63,037 nucleotides of DNA. Origin: Actinomycetes bacterium (GTDB lineage: Bacteria > Actinomycetota > Acidimicrobiia > Acidimicrobiales > Bog-793). The notes under the pieces are model-generated. The model did no database searches. It saw only the letters and a program-made list of their open reading frames with translations, and was not told the DNA's origin. The stretch covers positions 1 to 63,037 of the forward strand of contig JAJZMK010000006.1 in NCBI GenBank assembly GCA_021798275.1, read 5' to 3'. The position numbers were made by a program, and so were the translations under genes. Shown here one piece after another: positions 10,006 to 19,760 of the stretch (its first letter is position 1; every line of letters begins with the position of its first letter).

Positions 10006-11532
10006 TTAATTGGATCCGTCTTTTTGATCGGCAGTCGGCTTATGTAGGACTCTGGTGGCAGAAAGTAAGGCGGCTACTACAAGTAAGACCATAGAGACGT
10101 AAAAGGCGGAGTGGAGACCGTTGGTAAAAGCGGCGGCAAGCTTGCCGTGTAAGTCAGTAGATCCGACGAAAATGGCGAAAGCAAGACCTCTGGATATAGA
10201 TCTTGATGCGACCAAGATAGCTAATGAAAATGAAAACACCATACCTATGTTGGCGAAAGTTCTGAGAGCCCCCGAGGCAATCCCAAACACTTCCTTGGGC
10301 GAAGCTTTCATTACCGCTGTTGTGTTGGCGGGGAAGAAAGAGGAACTACCGATGCCGTTGACAACGCTTGCCCCTACGACAAGCCACAAAGTTGTGGTAT
10401 CGGTGAGGTGTGCATAGATAAAGAGGGCGACGACTTGGATGGCCAGTCCTATCGTAGCGGGAAGAACCGGCCCTATTTTATCTATAATCTTTCCGACGAT
10501 AGGCGCCACAAATCCACCCAAAACATATCCAGGCACCAGTAAAAGTGAAGCGTGTATCGGTGAGAGTCCCCGAGCGCCTTGCAGATACATAATTACTAAA
10601 AATAGAACCGCATAGTTTCCCAATCCCTGGAACATGGAGGCTAACAGGGAAGGTGTCATTGTAGGTATTCTAAAAAGCGATAAATGGAGCATGGGTTCTT
10701 TTTGTCTGTTTTCGATAAACCCAAAGCAGACTATGAGGACAATACCTCCTACGAGGTATCCTACGATTGTGGGATCCAATGGGCGAGTCGCCAATTGGGT
10801 AGATGCCCATAAAATCCCGAACAGGCCAAGTCCGAGTGTGATCATCCCGGAAAAGTCAATTTTGTGAGATACTTTTTGAGTGTTGTCATGGAGGACTTTC
10901 AGCGCCAAAGCCACGGCAAAAATTCCGATTGGTATATTGATTCCAAACACCCACCGCCAATTGAAGTAAGTTACGATTATTCCTCCGAAGACAATGCCTA
11001 GAACGGCCCCCATTGACCAGCCGACGGCGTTAAATCCGTAAGCCCGGCCTCTCTTCTCCGGTGGGAAGAGGTCGGCTATTACGGCGCCGCTGTTGGCCGT
11101 TACCAGAGCGGCACCTAAACCCTGGAGAAGTCTGAAGATAATAATCGCGCCCTCATTCCAAGACAGAGCGCAAAGCCCGGAACCTATGACAAAGATGACA
11201 AAGCCGGTTTCATACATCTTCACACGGCCGTACATGTCTCCGAGTTTGCCGACTTGAGTGGCTAGTAGGGTTATGATCAGCAGATAGCCTATAACTACCC
11301 AAATCACGGAAGATAGTGATATGTGTAGGTTTTTCTCTATTTCCGGCAATGCCAAAATAACTATCGTGGTATCTACTGCGGTGATGAGCACACCCGTCAT
11401 GACTACCGCCAGAGCAAGACCTATATGTGTGGTCCCGACACTGCTACGATGGGTAGATCTATGAGGATGATGTCCGCTACCTTTTTCTTCTTGAGCGGAC
11501 AATTGACCTTTTCTTTCGGTTTCTATCTCCAC
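10006..11532 (-). CDS. MFS efflux transporter, DHA2 (EmrB/QacA) family
   Basis: DTTIVILALP, GKLGDMYGRVK, WRWVFGINIPIG; about 14 TM helices. Confidence 0.92.
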   Translation of the reverse strand: MEIETERKGQLSAQEEKGSGHHPHRSTHRSSVGTTHIGLALAVVMTGVLITAVDTTIVILALPEIEKNLHISLSSVIWVVIGYLLIITLLATQVGKLGDMYGRVKMYETGFVIFVIGSGLCALSWNEGAIIIFRLLQGLGAALVTANSGAVIADLFPPEKRGRAYGFNAVGWSMGAVLGIVFGGIIVTYFNWRWVFGINIPIGIFAVALALKVLHDNTQKVSHKIDFSGMITLGLGLFGILWASTQLATRPLDPTIVGYLVGGIVLIVCFGFIENRQKEPMLHLSLFRIPTMTPSLLASMFQGLGNYAVLFLVIMYLQGARGLSPIHASLLLVPGYVLGGFVAPIVGKIIDKIGPVLPATIGLAIQVVALFIYAHLTDTTTLWLVVGASVVNGIGSSSFFPANTTAVMKASPKEVFGIASGALRTFANIGMVFSFSLAILVASRSISRGLAFAIFVGSTDLHGKLAAAFTNGLHSAFYVSMVLLVVAALLSATRVLHKPTADQKDGSN

Positions 11533-11956
11533 AAGTTCATTGTATTATAGATATCGATAGTTCGTTCTATTAACAAACTTATTATGCTGACGATACGTCT
11601 TGTATGCCCCATAGAGTTGGCGTCTTTCATGTCGATCAGGCTTGCTGGCACGATCAGATCAATAATGCGGTAGAAGCTAGTAAATTGCCTACGGTCAAAG
11701 ACCTTTGACCGACACTAGGAACCATAGCGGTAGCTACGAAGATAGCCTCAAAGCTAACACTGTTTTCGATCGGCTGCGGCAGGTCAATAGGTCTCGGCAT
11801 ATATCGGAGGCAAAATACCCCTAGATTATTTATCATATCACATATTATTAATAATTATCAATAAATGCAGATATGATAAGCTTGGTGGTTTGCAATTACA
11901 AAATATATCAACTAGTATTTTAGTAAAATATAGCTGCAGTATGTAAATATATTATA

Positions 11957-12001
11957 TTTCTATATGGAAAGTATGAGTTAACTATTAGTTCCATATAGAA
12001 A
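11957..12001. promoter_or_regulatory. 13-bp inverted repeat in the AT-rich region upstream of the Kelch surface-protein gene
   Basis: tttctatatggaa (11957-11969) / ttccatatagaaa (11989-12001). Confidence 0.45.
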
Positions 12002-12049
12002 CAGGGAAGTACAAGTATTTCCAATATATAAATACTGCTGTGATAGGCA

Positions 12050-14533
12050 ATGGAGGTTATAATGAAGTATAAAAGCATAATCGGGCGACATCTAGATCAA
12101 ATACATATAACCAAGCGACGTTCTTGTAATGGAAAATCTCTTGTTTCTGTATTTGGAAAATATAGTAACAAATCCTTTTCCGACAACAGACGGAGCTTAT
12201 CAGGATGGCTGAGACCGATGTCGTTAGCCAAAACAGCTGCACCAATACTGCTATTTGCTGGCTACTCGACATTTTTTATAGGCGGTCAGTCTCTGCCTGC
12301 GGTGGCGGCTACCCAACAAACCATCAACACTTTTGCGGCCACGGCTACATTACCGAGTGGTCTCATCGGCGCCACGTCAACTTTATTAGATAACGGTGAC
12401 GTACTTATTGCAGGAGGCAATACCGGTAGTGCCAGTTCACCTTCGGCGACTTCGGCGGCCGAGATATATGATCCCGCAACGGGAACTTTCGTAGCTACAT
12501 CGGCTATGCCTGTTGCTGCCTATGATTCCACGGCCACTTTATTGGACAACGGAAACGTCTTGGTAGCCGGTGGTATTTCTTCTTCCGGGACGGCTCTTAG
12601 TAATGCCGAAATCTACAACACCGGCACGGGAGATTGGACTCAGGTATCACCTATGACAACCGCAAGCTTTGATGCCTCGGCTTCTATATTGGGTAACGGT
12701 GAGGTGTTGATAGCGGGAGGTCAGACAGGCTCAATGTCGTCGGTGACTACTACCACCACGTCTTCTACCAGTACTACCACCACGTCTTCTACCAGCACTA
12801 CAACCACTATGGCGCCGGTGACAAGTTATTCAGCCACTTCGAGTGCCGAGCTGTTTGATCCAAGCACCAATTCTTTCCTTGCGGCAGCATCTCTCAGCAC
12901 GCCTTTAGCGGACACTACCGCCACATTACTCGGTAACGGTGATGTACTTATTGCCGGTGGTTTGACGGGGATAGGGAGCAATGAGGTTCCAAGTAACGTC
13001 GCCGATGTCTTTGTACCTCCGCCATCGGGACAATCAAGCCCAGGGACGATGACACAGGTAGGTAATCTTCCCGTTCCTTTGGCAGCAGCGTCCGCCGATA
13101 GATTGGCTAACGGTGATGTACTTATCGCCGGTGGGGAGGAGAGTATAAATAACGTACTTACGGCAAGTAACGGTGCATATCTGTATAACCCTGCCACTTC
13201 GGCATTTGTTAGCACATCACAATTGGCTATAGGGCATGCCGATGCCCCAATGACACAATTGCCAAACGGTAATATCCTGATAGCCGGTGGTTTGACAGGC
13301 AGTATAACGTCTGAGACTCCCACGGGGACTGCCGAAATATACGATACGGCGACCAATACCTGGATGCAAACAGCTTCTCTGGTCACCGCCAGAGCTGATA
13401 CAAGTGCCGTTTTACTAGCCGGAGGGTATGTTCTGATAGCAGGCGGTCAGGGAGCAAACGGCGTTTCTTTGAACAGCGCCGAGCTTTATTTTGCCGGTAT
13501 ACAACCTGCCTTTACCAGCGTCGGCAGGGGAATTTTTGTGGCCGGCAGGGCACATAGTGTTTTGATTACAGCGAGCGGTACACCAGCCCCTACGTTTACG
13601 GAATCGGGATCCCTGCCGGCCGGCCTTACCTTTAGTAATGTTACGGGAGGAAAAGCCGAAATCTCAGGTACTCCTGCGTCCGGTTCGGAAGGTACTTACA
13701 ATTTGATTATTACGGCAAACAACGGAACCTCGGGGACGCCTTCGCAGAATTATACTCTTAGCGTCCGATACCCGGCCGTAGAAGGGTATTTGGAGGTAGG
13801 CGCACAAGGGCAGATCTACAGCTATGGGGCGGCTAAGTCTATGTCAAACCTTTCTTTGAATCCAAGGGTGAGGCCGGTCGTAGCTATCAGCGAAACAGCG
13901 GACGCTAAAGGATATTACGTTGTCACGAACCGTGGGAATATCTTCAATTTCGGTGATGCCAAATTCCACGGATCACATGCCAAGAGTCGTTTGCCTCATC
14001 CGATAGTGGCCTTTCAGACTGTAGATAACGGGAGCGGGTATTATCTTGTGACATCGGGAGGCAATATTTTCAACTACGGTACCGCCCAATTTTACGGCTC
14101 CACGGCACACATAAACCTATCCTCTCCGGTTACCTCTATGGCGGTAACTCCCAACGGACAGGGTTACTGGTTGGTAACGGCTTCGGGAAGCGTATATCCC
14201 TTCGGCAACGCCGTAGGCTATTCACATCTGTCTGTCAATCCCAAGGTTCGCAAAATAGTAGCTATTTTGCCCGATGCCACAGGACAAGGTTATTGGTTAG
14301 TGTCCAGATTGGGAAATGTCTACAATTACGGTAATGCCCAGTTCTTTGGCTCCAAAGCCAAGTACAGACTCCCGGCTGCAATTGTTGGTGCCCAAGCCAA
14401 TATCAACGGGAAAGGATATGTGCTGATTTCTTCCCGTGGAAATACTTACAATTTCGGGTCCGTACATTTTTACGGTTCCCCGGCCCATATCAAAATACCT
14501 GTGAGAATTGCCGCCGGCAGCTTGGCTTATTAG
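12050..14533 (+). CDS. Secreted Kelch-repeat + Ig-like + C-terminal GYWLV/GxxFNFGxAxFYGS repeat surface protein
   Basis: About seven ATLLxNGxVLIAGG...AEIYDP repeats, a LPAGLTF...ISGTP Ig module and tandem GYWLV..G.V..FG.A.FYGS repeats. Real start may lie downstream of 12050. Confidence 0.85.
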   Translation: MEVIMKYKSIIGRHLDQIHITKRRSCNGKSLVSVFGKYSNKSFSDNRRSLSGWLRPMSLAKTAAPILLFAGYSTFFIGGQSLPAVAATQQTINTFAATATLPSGLIGATSTLLDNGDVLIAGGNTGSASSPSATSAAEIYDPATGTFVATSAMPVAAYDSTATLLDNGNVLVAGGISSSGTALSNAEIYNTGTGDWTQVSPMTTASFDASASILGNGEVLIAGGQTGSMSSVTTTTTSSTSTTTTSSTSTTTTMAPVTSYSATSSAELFDPSTNSFLAAASLSTPLADTTATLLGNGDVLIAGGLTGIGSNEVPSNVADVFVPPPSGQSSPGTMTQVGNLPVPLAAASADRLANGDVLIAGGEESINNVLTASNGAYLYNPATSAFVSTSQLAIGHADAPMTQLPNGNILIAGGLTGSITSETPTGTAEIYDTATNTWMQTASLVTARADTSAVLLAGGYVLIAGGQGANGVSLNSAELYFAGIQPAFTSVGRGIFVAGRAHSVLITASGTPAPTFTESGSLPAGLTFSNVTGGKAEISGTPASGSEGTYNLIITANNGTSGTPSQNYTLSVRYPAVEGYLEVGAQGQIYSYGAAKSMSNLSLNPRVRPVVAISETADAKGYYVVTNRGNIFNFGDAKFHGSHAKSRLPHPIVAFQTVDNGSGYYLVTSGGNIFNYGTAQFYGSTAHINLSSPVTSMAVTPNGQGYWLVTASGSVYPFGNAVGYSHLSVNPKVRKIVAILPDATGQGYWLVSRLGNVYNYGNAQFFGSKAKYRLPAAIVGAQANINGKGYVLISSRGNTYNFGSVHFYGSPAHIKIPVRIAAGSLAY
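12749..12796 (+). repeat. 24-bp tandem repeat x2 encoding a TTTTSSTS linker
   Basis: actaccaccacgtcttctaccag(t/c) twice. Confidence 0.85.
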
Positions 14534-14555
14534 GAAGCATGGTTCTGTAAATTAT

Positions 14556-14594
14556 TAACAGATAACTCACAGATATATTTCAGCCTAATCAGAG
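14556..14594 (+). promoter_or_regulatory. Four hexamer direct repeats with 11-bp period (MprA/OmpR-family box-like) upstream of htrA
   Basis: TAACAG-N5-TCACAG-N5-TTTCAG-N5-TCAGAG, similar to the mycobacterial MprA box TCTCAG-N5-TCTCAG. Confidence 0.6.
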
Positions 14595-14662
14595 AGTAGC
14601 CTGTCATGATATAAGCAGTGGTTACAACTCAAACTGAAATATTAGAGTAAATCGGATCGAGT

Positions 14663-14691
14663 GCCTGGACCCTTCCCCCCGGGGTCCAGGC
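14663..14691 (+). other. GC-rich hairpin with UCCCCCC loop in the htrA upstream region
   Basis: gcctggaccct-tcccccc-ggggtccaggc. Confidence 0.6.
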
Positions 14692-14788
14692 CTGGTTCAA
14701 AACCACAGGATTGAATAAAAAAATATTTAGGTGAACAGAATTCAAAGGTTATTTAGCTAATATGGCAATAGGAAAGGGATGATCTGAG

Positions 14789-16354
14789 ATGGCTGAATAC
14801 GATGAAACACAGAGTAACGATCATGTGGGCAAACAGCAGAACGAAGACATTTTCAATTCACAGGCTTCTAGAGAATTCACACAAGGTGAAAATCAAAATC
14901 ACATCAACGAAGATCTACAGGCCACAACTTCTCAATGGCAGAACACACAACCCTCGGATGCCGCTTCGGCCACGCCTGAGGCCGGCGCTTTCAAAGATGC
15001 GACAGCCCAGCCGCCTTTTGCCTCCCCCTCAATCGAGCCCGGGCCCGTCGTCAATTCATGGATACCCCCCGGAACACAACAGCAATCTTTTCCTCCTCAT
15101 GGGCAGGTTCCCGTAAGTTCTCCTGAGCATAAAATATACAAGCGTTTGCTTATTTCGACCTTGTCCGTGGCTATATTGGCCGGTGGTTTGGGAGCGGGTC
15201 TCGGTTTTGCTTTTGGCTCACAAGGGATACCGAAGGGTTCCTCTGGAGCGGTGGCATCCGGTCCTATAGGATCCAACTCCGCTTCCACCCCAACCACCTC
15301 TTTAGCACCACAGGCAAGCAGCAGTACGAATCTCGTTCAAAAAGTGGCCAATGAAGTGGAACCGGCGGTTGTAGATATCAATACCGTTGTAGAATCGGAA
15401 AACCCCGGCTCTGAACAGGCTGCCGGTACAGGCATGATCATTTCGCACAACGGCTTGATTATGACCAACAATCACGTTATCAACCAGGCGACACAAATCA
15501 GCGTAACCATAAAAGGCTACCCGGGTAGCTACCCGGCTACCGTTGTGGGAGAGGATCCCACCGATGACGTGGCTTTGCTGAAAGTAAAAGGTTTTTCGAA
15601 TTTGCCAACGGTAACCTTTGCCAATTCTTCCCGCGTGACTCTGGGAGAAGGCGTAATAGCCATCGGCAACGCCCTTGGTCAAGGAGGCACCCCTACGGTC
15701 GTTACAGGTGAAGTTTCCGCTTTGGGTCGTAAAATCAATGCCACCGATCAACTTTCTTCAGTTACGGAAACTCTGTATAACATGATACAGACCACAGCTC
15801 CCATAGAGCCGGGGGATTCTGGCGGGCCACTTGTCAATACAGCGGGACAAGTCATCGGCATGGATACCGCCGCATACAACTCTGGCGTCGGATCTGGGTC
15901 TACCCAGGGATACGCCATTCCGGTAAACAGGGCTTTACGGATCGTCACGGACATTAAAAACGGTAACGCTACGGGCGGTATCGTTATAGGCGAAGCCGCC
16001 TTTATCGGAATATTCTACACTCCACCGCAGGCCAGCGTGCCGTCCAGTCCTTTTGGTGGGCTTTTTGGAAACCTAGGCGGAATCGGTTCTTCCGGTTCCT
16101 CCGGTAGTTCCTCTTCACCTCAGCCGCAAGGTGTTCAGATATCTCAACTTGCTCAAAACGGAGCTGCGCAAAAAGCCGGTTTACAGCCGGGTGACATCAT
16201 CACCGCAGTAAACGGAGTGGCCACTCCGACCGGAACCGCACTGCACGACGAAGTAGCCAAATTCAAACCGGGTGACACCATAAGCGTGACTTATATATCG
16301 ACTACTGGTGCTAAGAATACAGTCTCACTTACACTCGGCGGACTTCCCGATTAG
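14789..16354 (+). CDS. htrA: HtrA/DegP (PepD-like) membrane-anchored serine protease with PDZ domain
   Basis: TM segment, TNNHVI, DVALLK, IEPGDSGGPL and a C-terminal PDZ (AGLQPGDIITAVNG). Confidence 0.93.
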   Translation: MAEYDETQSNDHVGKQQNEDIFNSQASREFTQGENQNHINEDLQATTSQWQNTQPSDAASATPEAGAFKDATAQPPFASPSIEPGPVVNSWIPPGTQQQSFPPHGQVPVSSPEHKIYKRLLISTLSVAILAGGLGAGLGFAFGSQGIPKGSSGAVASGPIGSNSASTPTTSLAPQASSSTNLVQKVANEVEPAVVDINTVVESENPGSEQAAGTGMIISHNGLIMTNNHVINQATQISVTIKGYPGSYPATVVGEDPTDDVALLKVKGFSNLPTVTFANSSRVTLGEGVIAIGNALGQGGTPTVVTGEVSALGRKINATDQLSSVTETLYNMIQTTAPIEPGDSGGPLVNTAGQVIGMDTAAYNSGVGSGSTQGYAIPVNRALRIVTDIKNGNATGGIVIGEAAFIGIFYTPPQASVPSSPFGGLFGNLGGIGSSGSSGSSSSPQPQGVQISQLAQNGAAQKAGLQPGDIITAVNGVATPTGTALHDEVAKFKPGDTISVTYISTTGAKNTVSLTLGGLPD

Positions 16355-16373
16355 AACCGGAGAATAAATCGCA

Positions 16374-16422
16374 GTATAAAACCATCCCGCCCTGCTTTCT
16401 GCAGGGCGGGATGGTTTTATAC
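16374..16422 (+). terminator. Intrinsic terminator after htrA
   Basis: Perfect 22-bp stem gtataaaaccatcccgccctgc / gcagggcgggatggttttatac with a 5-nt loop. Confidence 0.9.
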
Positions 16423-16812
16423 GAGATATTGGAACCTCTTTGCTATGTGAAAAAGATTTAAGAAATTATCAGCCTACTCAAGTGAGAAAATATTTACAGT
16501 ATCTAATGGACTAATTTTCAAAATTTTTGATTTACAATCGTATCGTCACTTATCCAGAGTGTTTTCGGAAATCATTGTAAGGCTTGAAGAAATAAAATCC
16601 TCTAAAGTATATTTTGTTACTTTGGTATACGAATTGGTAGATTGACTTTTCTCGTCAAGTCATCAATGTATGGACTATCGCCTACAATTAAATAAATATG
16701 CATAAGAGAATTTGAATAGTATCCAAATAGCCTTAGCTTTAGGCAATCAGACTTGTAAGATGCTCTATGTAAATAACTTTTATTGATTGTAATCATGGGA
16801 TGTATGAGCATC

Positions 16813-17226
16813 ATGGATGAGTCTGAAGTCATATCTGCGTTGAAGTTTCACGGCGGTAGGCTGACAAAACCGCGTCGTGCTATCATCAGGGCTCTGCTTG
16901 ATTCACAAGAGCATATAACCGCTGAGGAACTGGCGGCTATTGTGAAACTGGTTAATCCGGAAATACATTTATCGACTGTCTATAGAAATTTAGAGGAGTT
17001 GGAAAAGATAGGTATTGTGGTCCATACGCATCTTTTACATGGTCCGGCAACATATCATTTGGAAGGACAGCTTCACATTCACCTGATATGTGAAGGATGC
17101 GGTAAAATTATCGAGTCGCCTATAGAATTGTTTAACCAACTCTCCCGTGACTTGAAGCGAAATTTTGGTTTCACAATTAATCTTCATCACTTTGCACTTT
17201 CGGGGAAGTGTAAAGACTGCCAATGA
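16813..17226 (+). CDS. Fur-family regulator, Nur-like
   Basis: STVYRNLEELE, HTHLLHGPATYH, HIHLICEGC and HFALSGKCKDC resemble Streptomyces Nur. Confidence 0.85.
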   Translation: MDESEVISALKFHGGRLTKPRRAIIRALLDSQEHITAEELAAIVKLVNPEIHLSTVYRNLEELEKIGIVVHTHLLHGPATYHLEGQLHIHLICEGCGKIIESPIELFNQLSRDLKRNFGFTINLHHFALSGKCKDCQ

Positions 17227-17323
17227 CTACAAAGCTATAAGTGCAAAATATCGCAGGCCGTATCTGTATCTATAAATAAAAGCGCGCATAGACAGATCTG
17301 TGACAGCTATAGGGGTTGTCGGA

Positions 17324-18871
17324 TTACCGCTTACCTCGTCTGATGGTTGAGTAGCTGATGAAGGCGGATAAAAGTATGATCAAGGTTGCCAAAAGAAGTG
17401 CATTATGCAGTCCTTCTCTAAAGGCCGCGTATGCAGCATTAATTACTTTATTGACGATAGAGCCATAGACACCCTCTTCGTTATTGAGATTTTTCGGTAT
17501 ATTCCCGGTTTCTATGGCATGTATGACAAGTACCTGGAATATAGAGGGTATTTTAAGAACATTCAGTCTGTTGACGAGATAGCCGCTTAAATTTCCGTTT
17601 ACCATAGATCCCAAAACGGCTACACCGATGACAGAGCCCAACTCTCTGCTGGTGTTCACAGACGATGCGGCCATGGATGACTTTTCCGGCGGTACCCTGT
17701 CTAAGGCGATAAGTACCGTTGGAACGAGAGTTGATCCAAAACCTACGCCCGCCAGAGCAAGTGCCCATGGAAGCCAACCTGCCGGTACGTTTTCCCCCAA
17801 AGCCAACATTGAGAGAAAAATACCTATTGCAGATACTAAAGACCCCAGAGTCATCGGTAACGCGGAACCGAATCTGGTGATAAGTTTTCCTGTAAATATT
17901 GAGCTGAGCACCATCATGAATGTCATTGGTAAAAAGTCTGTGGCTATTTTGTAACCGGAATAATTAAGTACCTCTTCTAAATACAAAGCGGTAAAGAAGA
18001 ATATGGCAAAGATGCTAAAGAATAAAGCGAAGCCAGAGAACAAAGCACCGCTAAAAGCCGGATCACGAAAATAGCGAACGGCAAGCATAGGATTTTGATT
18101 TTTTCTTTCCAGAAAAATAAATATGGCTAGAGATATAAATGATAAACAAAACAACGCTATTACAAGAGAGTTTGCATATCCATACGATTCGCCCATAATA
18201 ATTGCAAATGTTATGGTGGCCAAGGAGATGCTACCGATTATAAAGCCCAAAAAATCCGGTCTAAAATCAGATCTATCTGAGCTTTCCGGCAATATTTTAT
18301 AGCTTGTGATGACGAGGAGTAGAGCGACAACTACGTTGAACCAAAATATATACCTCCAAGAGCCCACACCAAGGAGAATACCCCCTATGACAGGTCCGAG
18401 AGCCAAGGCTAGACCCGCTATGGCAGCCCAGATACCAAAAGCTTTTGCTCTTTGATCATGTTCGGAATATGTGTGTCTGATAATGGAGAGCGTACCCGGT
18501 TCCGATGCGGCTGCGCCAATGCCCATAACAAAGCGTCCGGCTATCAAAATATCGGGATTTGAGGCCAGAGCGGATATCAACCCTCCGGTGGCAAAAACGG
18601 TAAGACCGATAATTAGCAGTTTCTTTCGTCCGAACTGATCCGCTAAATTTCCGGCCAATAACATAAGACTGGCAAACGGCAGAGTATAGCCGTTTACCAT
18701 CCATTGCAGTTGAGCTACCCCGGCGTGCAAGTCAAGCTGTATCTCTCCGAGGGCTACGCTTACGATGGTGGTATCCAGGAAAGTAATAAAAAGCACCAAA
18801 CAGAGTACGGATAGGACAATTGATCGGCTGTAGCGGCTATTCGAAGGAGATTTGAATATCACAACAACCAA
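17324..18871 (-). CDS. MFS efflux transporter, DHA2 family
   Basis: DTTIVSVAL, GNLADQFGRKK, GPVIGGILL, WRYIFWFN. Confidence 0.92.
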   Translation of the reverse strand: MVVVIFKSPSNSRYSRSIVLSVLCLVLFITFLDTTIVSVALGEIQLDLHAGVAQLQWMVNGYTLPFASLMLLAGNLADQFGRKKLLIIGLTVFATGGLISALASNPDILIAGRFVMGIGAAASEPGTLSIIRHTYSEHDQRAKAFGIWAAIAGLALALGPVIGGILLGVGSWRYIFWFNVVVALLLVITSYKILPESSDRSDFRPDFLGFIIGSISLATITFAIIMGESYGYANSLVIALFCLSFISLAIFIFLERKNQNPMLAVRYFRDPAFSGALFSGFALFFSIFAIFFFTALYLEEVLNYSGYKIATDFLPMTFMMVLSSIFTGKLITRFGSALPMTLGSLVSAIGIFLSMLALGENVPAGWLPWALALAGVGFGSTLVPTVLIALDRVPPEKSSMAASSVNTSRELGSVIGVAVLGSMVNGNLSGYLVNRLNVLKIPSIFQVLVIHAIETGNIPKNLNNEEGVYGSIVNKVINAAYAAFREGLHNALLLATLIILLSAFISYSTIRRGKR

Positions 18872-18939
18872 ATTATCCTTTTACACGACAGTTCGGTGCT
18901 TCTTTGTAAAGATAGTAAAAATATAGTAAAGCTCGGTGT

Positions 18940-18985
18940 CTAAACACAACAAGACATCCCTTGCGGGATGTCTTGTTGTGTTTAG
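18940..18985 (-). terminator. Hairpin terminator downstream of the DoxD-like gene
   Basis: Perfect 21-bp stem ctaaacacaacaagacatccc / gggatgtcttgttgtgtttag, with a GCAA loop on the minus strand. Confidence 0.85.
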
Positions 18986-19004
18986 CCTAGGAGGTAAAGG
19001 TAAC

Positions 19005-19595
19005 TTAGGCTACCTTAGGGGTGCTCCTCTTGGCTGTCCTATGCGTCAGAGCACTTTTGAATAATCTTCCGTCGTGTGTCTGGCGATATGCCCTGATGAA
19101 ACCATCGATTCCGATTTCAGAAGAAGTTTTCCAAGTGGCAAGGATAATAACGGCAGCTAAGGCATAGAAGGCGTTCACACTGGCCGTGCCTGACATGATA
19201 TAGGTGAAGTTGAGCAGTGCTCCTGCTGTTGCGGCAGCAGGTGTCAAAAACCCTACGGCCAGTCCAAGCCCGACTAAAAATTCGCTGACGGCTACCAGCA
19301 CTGCGACCCAGTCTGAGTTGGGAACAACGAATCCGTGTAGGAAGCTGCCCCACCAACTGTAAGCCGGGACTCCGTGTGAAGCAAATCCGGCCACGGCAAT
19401 TCCGTTGTTATGTAAAAATCCGGCGTTCTCTGCGCCCCACAGTTTGGCAACGCCAGCCTGTATCCACATAACTCCAAGCCATATACGAAGGGCTGACCAA
19501 ACAATTCCCATTACTTTGGAGTGGGTAAGGTAATGCCATGTTCGTGGCGTAGCGATGTCCTCTGGTTCTGCTATCAATGAAGCAATCTTGTTCAT
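19005..19595 (-). CDS. DoxX/DoxD (thiosulfate:quinone oxidoreductase small-subunit-like) membrane protein
   Basis: LRIWLGVMWIQAG..K, WGSFL..FVVPN, EFLVGLGL..GFLT, LNFTYIMSGT and GIDG motifs; GAAAGGG SD. Confidence 0.8.
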   Translation of the reverse strand: MNKIASLIAEPEDIATPRTWHYLTHSKVMGIVWSALRIWLGVMWIQAGVAKLWGAENAGFLHNNGIAVAGFASHGVPAYSWWGSFLHGFVVPNSDWVAVLVAVSEFLVGLGLAVGFLTPAAATAGALLNFTYIMSGTASVNAFYALAAVIILATWKTSSEIGIDGFIRAYRQTHDGRLFKSALTHRTAKRSTPKVA

Positions 19596-19696
19596 AATGC
19601 ACCCCTTTCATTCAACTTACTCGTAGCATCAATTGCTATAAGGCTATTATGACGGTATTTAGAGACAACCCTTAGAGGCAAAGGGCACACATGACA

Positions 19697-19710
19697 GTGA
19701 CAAATGTCAC
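19697..19710. promoter_or_regulatory. DosR/DevR box-like palindrome upstream of the DoxD-like gene
   Basis: GTGAC-AAAT-GTCAC compared with the DosR core GGGAC-N4-GTCCC. Confidence 0.55.
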
Positions 19711-19760
19711 CGACTTCGAGTTTGTAATTTTGGCGATGAGGCGGAAGAATAGAAGGAGAT

